Part shown: one piece after another, positions 8,125-18,241 of the stretch
Layout of the letters: each line of letters opens with the position of its first letter
How positions within the stretch are numbered: position 1 is the first letter of the stretch
From: Reclinomonas americana ATCC 50394
Lineage: Eukaryota
Reading direction: 5' to 3'
Assembly (NCBI GenBank): GCA_048213135.1
Contig: PS015201.1
Coordinates: 90,619 to 110,618, forward strand
DNA: 20,000 bases
Notes under the pieces: model-generated
Databases searched by the model: none
Seen by the model: only the letters and a program-made list of their open reading frames with translations
What the model was told of the DNA's origin: nothing
Translations under genes and position numbers: made by a program

Positions 8125-10703
8125 GTGTGGCATCGCGTTTCAATTCGGCGGACTGTCAGACGAATATGCAAGCCAGCACGTGTACGTTGACTCCAACATG
8201 TACAGGCTCGACACTGGAGCGATCAATTCACCGACGTCGACGTCGGCGGCGTTCGACGCACTCACTAATATTGTGATGGAAAGTGGTGCAACACACAAGA
8301 AAGCAGGGAGCAGCGGGGTGAACGAGGGCGAAGGCGCATGAGGAATGAAACGTCGAGCGACCGAGATGTCGTCAGGACGAACAGACAACAAGTTGAGTGG
8401 AGAGTGGGTGTTCACTGCTGCAGTCTCCTTCAGCTCCGAATCAAGAAGATATGAGGTCTGTTTTTGTGCTCATTGTTCCGCACTCCATCTCGCTCACAAC
8501 CACACACACACAGCGGAACAATGGATCTGATGCAATTGGCATGGGATGGCGATGAGAAGGCACTGCGCGAGGTGGTGGCGCGTGAAGGAGCGCAGTATCT
8601 GATCAGCAGCGAGATGATTGCTCGACACGCAGGCTCTGTTTTCCATTTCGCTGTTGGCGGAGGCCATCTCTCTCTGCTGGAGTACTTGTGGGCGGAGACG
8701 GGCGTGGGACCACAGTTCGCACATATGATCAGCGGCGAGGGCTTCACACCGCTGATCATGGCTGCCTATCACGGGCATCTACATGTGGTTGAGTGGTTGC
8801 TGGCCGATGAGCGACGATGTCCACTGGAGACAGCGTTGCAGGTCGACTTGTACAAGCGCTCTGCGTTGCATTACGCTGCCCTGCATGGCCACGAAGCCAT
8901 GGTGGAGCTGCTTGGCACTCGTTTCCCCGAGCTCCTTCCGCTGACCGACATTTGGCGGAAAACAGCGGCTGAGAGCGTGTCACTGAGTCGACAACCATTC
9001 TTGGCGATTGCCGAGTTGCTGGACCGCCTTGCGGCGATGCCACGCCGCCAGAGACAGCCGCTATTTGGCCCACCAGAAGGTGTGGTGCAGATGTTGATGA
9101 GTGCTCCTCTTGCTTCCCACGCTGCCTCATTGTGCGAAATCATGTGCAGTGCCGGTAGTGCGGGTGAGACGAACGATGCTGCATTCTGTTAATGTTTTTG
9201 CACACATATTTTGTGCAGGCTCACAAGGTTGTGGACGAAGACCCGCTCAACGCACACCTCCAAGTGCATCGTATATTGGATGGCTCCCTTCGTTGCGAGA
9301 CGTGCCTCGGTAGCGACTCCGGCACCGCTGTGTACTCCTTGCCATGCGTGCACGGCATCCACGCCGAGTGCCTGGTCGCAGCGCTGCGTGACGATTTACA
9401 GGCCGGCAGGAAGGTCCGATGCAGTGCCTCCGGCTGCAATCGAGGTGCGCGCACGAGTGGGGTGAGAGTGCATCTTCTTGTACATTGCACTCACCAGGAC
9501 TATCAGAGGTGCCACCGGAGATTGTGGGCTCGGCTGCGGCCGACCAGCATGCAACCCCGCTGGGCGAGGAGTACAACGAATTTCTCAATCGCCAGTTTGT
9601 GGAGTCGGTGTTGCATGGCGTGTCGTGCCCGAATCCGCAGGTGAGGCGAAGAGAGGAAAGGGAGAGGCAGAAGGGGAAGGAAAGAGGAAAGAGAGAGAGG
9701 CAAAAGGGGAAGGGAGAGAGAGGGAGAGGGGCGAGAGAGAGCGAGCACAGAGTCAATGTAAGGGAACAGGCAGGTACGTTGGTGTGGACTCGAAAGGGAA
9801 GAGAATAGGAAGGGTACGAAACTTACGAGAGAAAGAGAGGGAGAGTGGACTTGGGGTGTGAATCGGACAGAGTGAGGGAAGCAGTAGACTGCAATAAAGA
9901 TGATAGGCAAAAGACGACAGCGGCATGAACGCCACTGTGACTGAGTGCTCTTGATCATCGCAGTGCCTACGGATGGTCGAGGCCGCTGGGGTGGGACAAG
10001 TGTGCATCACCTGTGCTCAATGTGGAACAAGGTGAGTGGGTGACAGAGAAAGCGAGAGAGCCATTCTCTTCGGGCAAAGCGCCTTCTTGTACCTCTCTTC
10101 ATACCACCTTGCTCTCTCCCTCCGCACCACTTCTCTGGTCAACACACAGCTTGCTGCTAGTCATTAATTCCACTTTTGTGTCACCGCCACAAGGTTGTGC
10201 TCACGGTGCGGCTGTCGCCGTCCACCCACCGCCACCACCTGCGACGTGTGCGACGACGCCGAGCGCGCCCTCAACACCGATCTGCAACGATGCGGCACCA
10301 AGCAGATCAGCGGCCTCCCTGGTGCGGTGCCCGAAGTACGCGCCTGTCCGCGGTGTCGGAACTTGCTGTGTGAGTCTCCCTGTCTGTTTTCCGCGATAGA
10401 GTACTTCTCACGACGCATGATCATGAACAGCGCACATGGAGGCATGCAAGCACATCAAGTGTTCGCAGGTGTGTCGTTGAGCCAGGGTGCACCTCTCTTG
10501 CCAGTGAGTCTCAAATCAGTTGCGTCTGCAGTGCCAGTCCGAGTTCTGTTTCCGATGCCTGCAAATCAGGCCAGCGGGCGGCGTGTGGCCGTTGCGTGCG
10601 CGGGCTGTTCCCAGTGGGTTTCTTGCAACTCGTCCTCACTGCGATTGCAGGTGTGGCTCGTTCAATCATCCCTGCCCGATCGCACCGCGACAGAGCTTCT
10701 GAG
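6740..10703 (+). repeat. Direct segmental duplication of the RBR cassette: ~6740-8125 vs ~9277-10703
   Basis: Exons are nearly identical and most introns align by eye, e.g. ttctcttcgggcaaagcgccttcttgtacctctcttca in both copies. Similarity stops right after the shared stop codon (cagagcttctgag). Confidence 0.93.
8451..10702 (+). CDS. Ankyrin-repeat + RBR-type E3 ubiquitin ligase (multi-exon)
   Basis: Exons 8451-8455, 8514-9079, 9150-9163, 9219-9444, 9507-9640, 9964-10031, 10194-10369, 10431-10468, 10532-10590, 10651-10702; all GT-AG and phase-consistent. Ankyrin motifs: SVFHFAVGGGHL, GFTPLIMAAYHGHL, RSALHYAALHGHEAMVELL. The RBR part is nearly identical to that in 6740-8124, with ACKHIKC in RING2. 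Confidence 0.87.
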
Positions 10704-10825
10704 AGAGTCGAGGTAAACACTTGGCAACGCAGTATCGGCAAACATGCACGTCCGCTATTCGCTCGCCTTCCTCGCGAGCAAATATTCCAGATATCCGCTC
10801 GCACACCAATATTCACCACCAACAA

Positions 10826-13800
10826 ATGAGCACACCTCGTTGCCTCCCCGTGCTGCGCGCTCTTCTCTTCACACTCGCACTTTCACTGGTGCTGCTGATG
10901 GCAACGGCCAGCACCCACGCTCGTGCTCGTGGTGAGCGGACGATCGAGGAGGATCTCCCACTTTGTACTCAGTTTCTCTCGCTCGTTCTCTCTTGTCTCT
11001 TGTCTTGCCTTCTTTTCTCTTTCTCCTCTCATCTCTCTTTGTCTTCACGTCTCTTCTGTTCACTCCTCTCTCATCTCATTTCATCACTTCTATTCTCTCT
11101 CCTCTCCTCTCCTGTCTTCTTCTCATCTCTCCTCTCCTCTCCTCTCCTCTTGCCTCTCCCCTCCTCTCCTCTTGCCTCTCCCCTCCTCTCCTCTTCCTCT
11201 TCCTCTTCCTCTTCCCCTTCTCTTTCTCTTTCTCCTCTCCTCAGCTCTTCTCTCTCTCTCCTCTACTCTCTTCTCCTCTCCCTCACTTAAGCTCTCCTCG
11301 CCTCGCCTCGCCTTTCCTCTCCTGTCCTCCACTTTCCTCCCTCCTTCTCCGCCTATTCTCCTTCTCCTCTCCTCTCCTCTGTTTGCCCTCTACTCTCCTC
11401 TCTTCTCCTCTCCCTCTCGTCCTTCGTCTTGTCTCCTCTCCTCTTCTCTCCTCTCTTCTCCTATCCTCTCTTCTCCTCTCCTCTCCTCTCTTTCTCTTTC
11501 CCTTCTCCTCCCCATCTCCTTCTCTTCTCCTCTCCTTCTCCTCCTATCCTCCTTCTCCTCTCTTTCTCTTCCCCTTCTCCTTCCCTTCTCCTCTCCTCTC
11601 TTCCGCCTTCCCATCCCTCCTCTCTCTCCTCTCCCTCTCTCTTTGCCCTCACCTTCCCCCTTTTCCCCACAGACTCCTCCGACATCCTCACCGCCCTCGA
11701 CGAATACCTCGCCGACAGCAACANNNNNNNNNNNNNNNNNNNNNNNNNNNNNNNNNNNNNNNNNNNNNNNNNNNNNNNNNNNNNNNNNNNNNNNNNNNNN
11801 NNNNNNNNNNNNNNNNNNNNNNNNNNNNNNNNNNNNNNNNNNNNNNNNNNNNNNNNNNNNNNNNNNNNNNNNNNNNNNNNNNNNNNNNNNNNNNNNNNNN
11901 NNNNNNNNNNNNNNNNNNNNNNNNNNNNNNNNNNNNNNNNNNNNNNNNNNNNNNNNNNNNNNNNNNNNNNNNNNNNNNNNNNNNNNNNNNNNNNNNNNNN
12001 NNNNNNNNNNNNNNNNNNNNNNNNNNNNNNNNNNNCCAGCCAACACCTCGCCTTCGCCTCGGCGGAGAAGTCCGGCAGTGTCATTGCGCAAGAAACCGCC
12101 GTGACCATTGTCGAAACGATTCCGCTCTTCAACGAGTGGATGACGGCGAATGGAGTGGCGGCGGTGGAGACCGGTCGGTACTTGCGAACGTCGGTGTCGC
12201 TGGGTGATTTGGTGTTCCAGGCGGGCACGGCGGCGTGCCTGTTGCAGTGTCGGTCGACGAGTGTGAATGATTTGGATGCGTGGTGAGTGGAAGGGGGATG
12301 GGAGGGGGAAGGGGACGGAGGGGAGAAGGGGAGAGATACACGAGCAGGTAGAAAGGAAAACAGAAGAGTGGAAGGAGAAAGCGCGACAAGCAGCAGAGAA
12401 AGAAATGAAGCTGACAGGTAGGAGAACAGTGTATGCGAGGCGAAGGGGAAGAAGGAGAAGAAGAGAGAGATATGACCAGAGAGAGAGGCAGTGACACGAT
12501 AGCGCAGTCCGTTTACGAAAAACGAAGAAGGAATAGCTTTGAGCCACATAAAGAAACAAGAAGAAGCACCCACAGTCAAGAAGTGAAGATGCAGCGAAAG
12601 AACCTGAGCAAAGTCATGTGAGAGAATGCACTCTGTGCAGACAACAACGAGACTCGGGCATGAAGAAAAGAGATCTCCGTACTCCGTCAGAGTGTCTGTG
12701 ATGCAGAGAGAAGCACGAGGAAGAGCACCACAGCCAACCACGACGACGAAACAGAGAAATAGGAGAAGAAGCATCTGCAAAAACCGAGACTCAGCGAGAT
12801 ATGAAGGAGATCTCCATTCTCCGTCAGAGTGTCTGTTATGCAGAGAGAAGCACGAGGAAAGGCACCACAGCCAACCACGACGACGAAACAGAGAAACAAG
12901 AGAAGAAGCACTCACTCAGCGATAAATGAAGGATACCTACATTCTCTGTCAGAGTTTTTGCATCCCGTGTCACACAAAGAGAAACATAAGATGCGAAGAG
13001 ATTAGGAGCACGAGAAGAAGCACTCTTTTCAGGCATCGAGACCCAGTCATGAACACGAGAGACCTGCAGACTCTCAAGGAGACACAGACAGTCACTGACT
13101 GCAAGGACTGGCAAGAGACAGAAAACATCTCACCTCTACTTCCCCTTTATCCCCCCTTCCCCTTTATCCCCCCTTCCCCTTTATCCCCCTCCCACAGGGT
13201 CATCCCCGGCCNNNNNNNNNNNNNNNNNNNNNNNNNNNNNNNNNNNNNNNNNNNNNNNNNNNNNNNNNNNNNNNNNNNNNNNNNNNNNNNNNNNNNNNNN
13301 NNNNNNNNNNNNNNNNNNNNNNNNNNNNNNNNNNNNNNNNNNNNNNNNNNNNNNNNNNNNNNNNNNNNNNNNNNNNNNNNNNNNNNNNNNNNNNNNNNNN
13401 NNNNNNNNNNNNNNNNNNNNNNNNNNNNNNNNNNNNNNNNNNNNNNNNNNNNNNNNNNNNNNNNNNNNNNNNNNNNNNNNNNNNNNNNNNNNNNNNNNNN
13501 NNNNNNNNNNNNNNNNNNNNNNNNNNNNNNNNNNNNNNNNNNNNNNNNNNNNNNNNNNNNNNNNNNNNNNNNNNNNNNNNNNNNNNNNNNNNNNNNNNNN
13601 NNNNNNNNNNNNNNNNNNNNNNNNNNNNNNNNNNNNNNNNNNNNNNNNNNNNNNNNNNNNNNNNNNNNNNNNNNNNNNNNNNNNNNNNNNNNNNNNNNNN
13701 NNNNNNNNNNNNNNNNNNNNNNNNNCGCCCTCGACTCTCGCTGTCTCTATATTCGTCCCTCGTCGCCACTTCTTCTGTCCTTCCTTCTCTCTCCTCCTCT

Positions 13801-14760
13801 CTCTCTCTCTCTCTCGTTTTTTTTCTGCACGCAGGCTGCCCTTTTGCTATTTCCCTTCTCATTCCCACTTTCCGCACTTCATATCAAATCCCCCTACCCC
13901 TTGCCCTTCCTTCTTTCTCTCCCTCTCTCTCCCGTCTGTAGCTTGTCTTCGCCATCTCCTTGTTTCTCTTTCCTATCCCACGCCACCACTCCTCGTCACC
14001 TCCTTTTTCCCTTCCTCTCTCTCTCTCTCGCTCTTGTATGCCTCTCAATCCAATCTATTTTCTTCTCTTGCCCCACTCCCAGTCTTTTTCCCTTACTGTG
14101 TCCGTTTCTTTCGCCAATCCCACACTTTCTTTTCTCGCCCCGCCAAGTCACCGCTATTTCTCTCGCTCTCTCCTCGCGTGTCCTCATTTCTTTTCTCTTG
14201 CCCGGCTCCCAGTGCAGTCCCTGTCGCCAACAAAGCTCCTCACTTGCCTTTGTTCATTCAGTTCTCTTTACTTTTCTCCTTCTTTGTCGCTCGCTTTTTT
14301 CCCACCCCTCTTCACCCTTTTCCCGTTTCCCTTCGACCATCGCCTTCCCTTCTCCTCACTCCCTCCCTTTCCCTCTATTGCCCCATTTCCCTCACCCCCT
14401 TTTCCCATTCTCCCTTTGCCTTTCCAGAGCACCAAAACGCCCAACTCGGAGAAAATCTGCACGGGCAACTGGGCGGAGATCGCCGAGTTTGTGCGCACCA
14501 ACGAGGCCATCGTCATCGCCGCCGTCAAGAGCACCCACAAGCCCGCACAAGAAATCGACTTTGGCTCTGGCGAGCTGAAGCTGGCCGTCGGCGACAACGC
14601 CGAGAAGCAAGCCATTCGGCTCACCGACAATGCCGGTGCGCCGTGGACGTGGGCGAAGCGGTGGCCGGAGACCGCGGTCATCAGTGGCAGCAGCGGCAGT
14701 GACGGCACCACCATGCAGCTGCTGTCGTTTGCCATGCTGGAGTTCGAGGAGGAGGAGTAA
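10826..14760 (+). CDS. Uncharacterised signal-peptide-bearing (probably secreted/luminal) protein, interrupted by two assembly gaps
   Basis: Exon 10826-10931 (MSTPRCLPVLRALLFTLALSLVLLMATASTHARAR, signal-peptide-like; phase-1 donor GTGAGC) joins 11673 (DSSDILTALDEYLADSN, then gap). After the gap, 12036-12282 is coding-like with a phase-2 GTGAGT donor that joins the acceptor at 13198 (W-VIPG, then gap). The last exon 14428-14760 (STKTPNSEKICTGNWAEIAEFV...LEFEEEE*) has GC3-rich codon usage. Linkage across the gaps is inferred. Confidence 0.65.
10932..11672 (+). repeat. CT-rich low-complexity intron
   Basis: GTGAGC...CCACAG boundaries with (ctcct)n-type units inside. Confidence 0.8.
11724..12035. 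other. Assembly gap
   Basis: Run of N. Confidence 0.99.
12650..12955. repeat. Intronic tandem repeat, ~137 nt period, two copies plus a partial third
   Basis: agatctcc...ctccgtcagagtgtctgt.atgcagagagaagcacgagga...caccacagccaaccacgacgacgaaacagagaaa occurs at ~12671 and ~12808, with a degenerate partial copy at ~12926. Confidence 0.85.
13212..13725. other. Assembly gap
   Basis: Run of N. Confidence 0.99.
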
Positions 14761-14824
14761 TAAGTGTTACCGTTGTTTCTTTACATTGTTGGCGCTTGCC
14801 AGTGTACTTCACAGAAGCTGCAAG

Positions 14825-15158
14825 TGGTGTCGTCGGAGACAGTTCATTCTTCGCAAGAGCGAGTCCGGTGTTGCAAACAGATCTGCAACAACAACAACAA
14901 CGACGACGACGACGACTTCATTAATCTCAACAGCAACACCTGTATCTCCATGGTCGTCGAGGACAGTTCATTCTTCGCAAGAGCGAGTCCGGTGTCGCAA
15001 ACAGATATGCGACAACAACAACGACGACGACGACGACGACTTCATTACTCCCAGCTGCAACCTGGATCACCATGGTGTCGTCGGAGACAGTTCATTCTCC
15101 GCAACAGATGCGCGCCGAGTCTTGCCCTTTCACACACAGATCAGCAGCAACAGCAACT

Positions 15159-15206
<48 letters not shown>

Positions 15207-15212
15207 GCAACA

Positions 15213-15267
<55 letters not shown>

Positions 15268-15295
15268 TAGCAACAGCAACAGCAACAGCAACACA
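14825..15295. repeat. ~125 nt tandem repeat (two copies plus a partial) followed by a (CAA)n/(CAG)n microsatellite
   Basis: tggtgtcgtcggagacagttcattct-type unit starts at ~14825, ~14951 and ~15073. The first two contain (caa)n(cga)n. A CAA/CAG run spans ~15143-15295. Confidence 0.88.
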
Positions 15296-15732
15296 GCTGC
15301 CTGTCACCATCTCAAGTGAGCACCAGCATTTGGAACTCACGCAATTGCAAAACGATGCTGGCTTGCTGTGCTGCTTTCATCGGTGTTGTTGTACTTGCTT
15401 GTTCCTGTTATCTCTCTTCCCTTCGCGCTCCCCTTCTCCCCCTTGGCACTTGCACCAATCTCCACCAGCTGCCATCGACGTCGACGTCGACGTCGACGTC
15501 GCGATCGACGTCTGTATTCAAATTATCACAATGGGCCTTCGGGAGCCACTCCGGCCGGCCCGCTCAGTTCACCAAAGCCTCCAGGCACACCAAGCCACAG
15601 CGTAGTAAGCACCGGGCCCCCTCCGCACTGCAGCATACGCATATGGCAAAGACATCCTCTCCTCCGAGCGAGCACCGACTACCGTCCGTCCGCTCCCATC
15701 GTCTTCCTTCCTGTTGTTGTCTTTGTGAGCCA

Positions 15733-15794
15733 ATGTTCCTCGTTGAACGCTCTGCACACCTCCTTCGCCCTCTGAGCCGTGGTACGCGAACTCA

Positions 15795-15832
<38 letters not shown>

Positions 15833-17732
15833 TCCAAACTCTAATCTGACAACACAAACAGCGCTCGGCGTGCGACCTATCATGCACATGACACGCGCAC
15901 TCTTCTCCAGTGACGCCACGTCATCGGAGAAGCCCTCCACTCCGACCACACCGAGTACAGCCGCGGAAAAGGTCATCTTGCAAGCTGTCCGCGACTCAGT
16001 GGCCGCCGGACAGAGCCCGTGGAAATGGTGAGCAACGAAAGCAGCGGCCGCTCACCACAGTGGACGATGACTGCTCACAACGACGCACAGGAAGAGCTTC
16101 CTTCCCGAGCACACGTATCCTGCACTGGAGCACGCAAAGACTGTGGATCTGTCGCTGCATCACCCGACGCGGACGTTTGGCGATCGTGTGGCGTACTGGG
16201 TGGTCAAGGCGATGCGCGTGCCCACGGATATGTTCTTTAAGCGCCGATATGGTCACCGGTGAGTATCGCCACTGGCCACAGGAATTAATAGGGACTACTA
16301 CAGCTATATACTGACGACTCCAATTGCCAGTGCATGCATGCTGGAGACGGTGGCGGCTGTGCCGGGTATGGTGGGCGGTATGCTTCTGCACTTCCGCTCG
16401 CTGCGTCGCTTTGAGGAGTCTCGCGGGTGGATTCGAGCGCTGCTTGATGAGGCGGAGAAGTTGCGACTTGTGCCGGCAGCTGTAGTGGTTGTGGTTTGTT
16501 TGCTCATCGTTGATGCAGTGAGCGGATGCATCTGGAGGTGTTTATGGCGTACTCGAAGCCGGGTCTCTTTGAGCGCTTCTTGGTTATGGCCACTCAGGTT
16601 CGCTTGTGCTGTATGCCACCCTCAACTCGGGCGTGGATCCCATATCCGCTCTTCTCTTTCGTCGTCCTCCGTTGCGCGTTTCTCTCTCTTGCTCTCTCTC
16701 TTTCTGTCTCTTTTTCTCGCTCTCTTTCTTTCTGTCTCCGCCTCTCTCCCTCTTTCTGTCTCTTTCCATCTCTCTCCTTCTCTGTCTCTTGTTCTCTCTT
16801 ATCTGTCTCTCTCAGAGTCTGTCACTCTCTCTCTCTCTTTCTCGCCCTCTTGCTGTCTCGCTCTCTCTTTGTCACTCTCTCCTCTCCCTGTCTCGCGCTC
16901 TCTCTTTGTCTGTCTCTTTCTCTCTCACTTTCTGTCTCTGTCTCTCCTCTCCTGTCTCGCGCTCCCTCTTTGTTGGTCTCTCTTTGATTCTATCACTCTC
17001 TCGTTGTCTGTCTGTCTCTCTTTGTTTCTGTCTCCCTTTCTCTCTTTCTCACTTGTCTCTCGCTCTCTCTTTGTCTGTCTCACTTTGTTTCTGTCTGTCA
17101 GTTTCTTTCCCTCTCCCTCTTCCCTCTTCCCTCTCCTCCTCCTCCCTCCTCCCTCCCTCCTCCCTCCCTCCCTCCCTCCCTCCCTCCCTCCCTCCCTCCC
17201 TCCCTCCCTCCCTCCCTCCCTCCCTCCCTCTCATATCTACCTCTCTTCCCCTCCACGCAGGTTGTATTCTCCACGGCATACACTGCGATTTTCATCATAT
17301 CACCAAAGGTGAGGTCTTCAGTTGCCTGTCGACTGCTTGTCATCGTTGAACTCATCACGCGCTATCTCATCAGACGGCCCATCGAGTTGTCGGCTACCTG
17401 GAGGAGGAAGCCATTCACAGCTACACCGAGTTTCTGAAGGACATTGAGGAGGGCATCATTGAGAATGTTCCGGCGCCCGAGATTGCCATTGTTGCGTCGC
17501 GTCGCGTCGTGCAGTTGGCCCCCCTCCCCTACTCACGTGTTTTTTGATGCAGGCCTACTGGCGCTTGCCAGCGAATGCCACGCTGAAGGACGTGGTGATT
17601 GCCGTGCGCAGCGACGAGGCCGGTCACCGCGACGTGAATCACTTGCGGGCCAATTATCTAGAGGCCGGCAAGGTCGACGAGGCTGCGCCGCTCGGCCCGC
17701 ACCCGCAGGTGCCGCCGGAGAAGATTTTGTAG
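15733..17732 (+). CDS. AOX: Mitochondrial alternative oxidase (ubiquinol oxidase, di-iron carboxylate)
   Basis: Exons 15733-15781, 15862-16027, 16091-16258, 16331-16459, 16519-16597, 17261-17308, 17374-17490, 17553-17732. Signature motifs [34 protein letters not shown] and [12 protein letters not shown] are all present. The N-terminus [33 protein letters not shown] resembles a mitochondrial presequence. Confidence 0.96.
16598..17260 (+). repeat. AOX intron with CT-rich filler and a (CCCT)n tetranucleotide tract at ~17150-17230
   Basis: Directly visible; GTTCGC donor and ACGCAG acceptor. Confidence 0.85.
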
Positions 17733-18241
17733 GCCATTGCAGCAACTGATGGTCATGCTCTCTCGTTTGCCCTCCTAATTCACTGTCGTTGCAAAAGTGG
17801 AGAGTGAATCCTCAATAGACTATTAATTTAAGGTGACGAAAGTCTCTCATTTTTGAGAAGGGCCCCTCTGTTCCCCTACCCCTTCCCCTTCCGCCTTCCC
17901 CCTTCCCCCTTCCCCCTTCCCCCTTCCCCCTTCCCCTTTCTTCCCCCTTCCCTTCCCCCTTCTCCCCTTCCGCCTTCTCCTTCTACCCCTTCCCCCTTCC
18001 CCCTTCTCCGCCTTCCCCTTCCCCCACTTGTCCCATGTCCGTGTTCAGAAATTCTTTTCGAACGCGCAGCGAAAAAATGCCACTCCTCCTCCCCCTTCGC
18101 CATCGTCGCCGCCGTTGCCTCGCTGGTGGCGGCTGCTGCTCCTCCCACTCCTCACCACCCACACTCTCACGACCCCCTCGAGCTCCTCCATCGTCTTCGC
18201 CACCACCCTCGAACACAGGAGAAGCATACGAGTGGCACGCC

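Noticed and set aside
10923-14578. Long ORFs of 200-550 aa crossing the N runs
   Set aside because: They are open only because of N gaps and low-complexity intron sequence.
14825-15110. Possible CRISPR-like array
   Set aside because: The whole ~125 nt unit repeats, so there are no unique spacers. The context is eukaryotic and there are no cas genes.
14630-15605. Poly-Q / poly-N-S / poly-T-A ORFs
   Set aside because: These are translations of a CAA/CAG microsatellite in three frames, with no coding context or domain.
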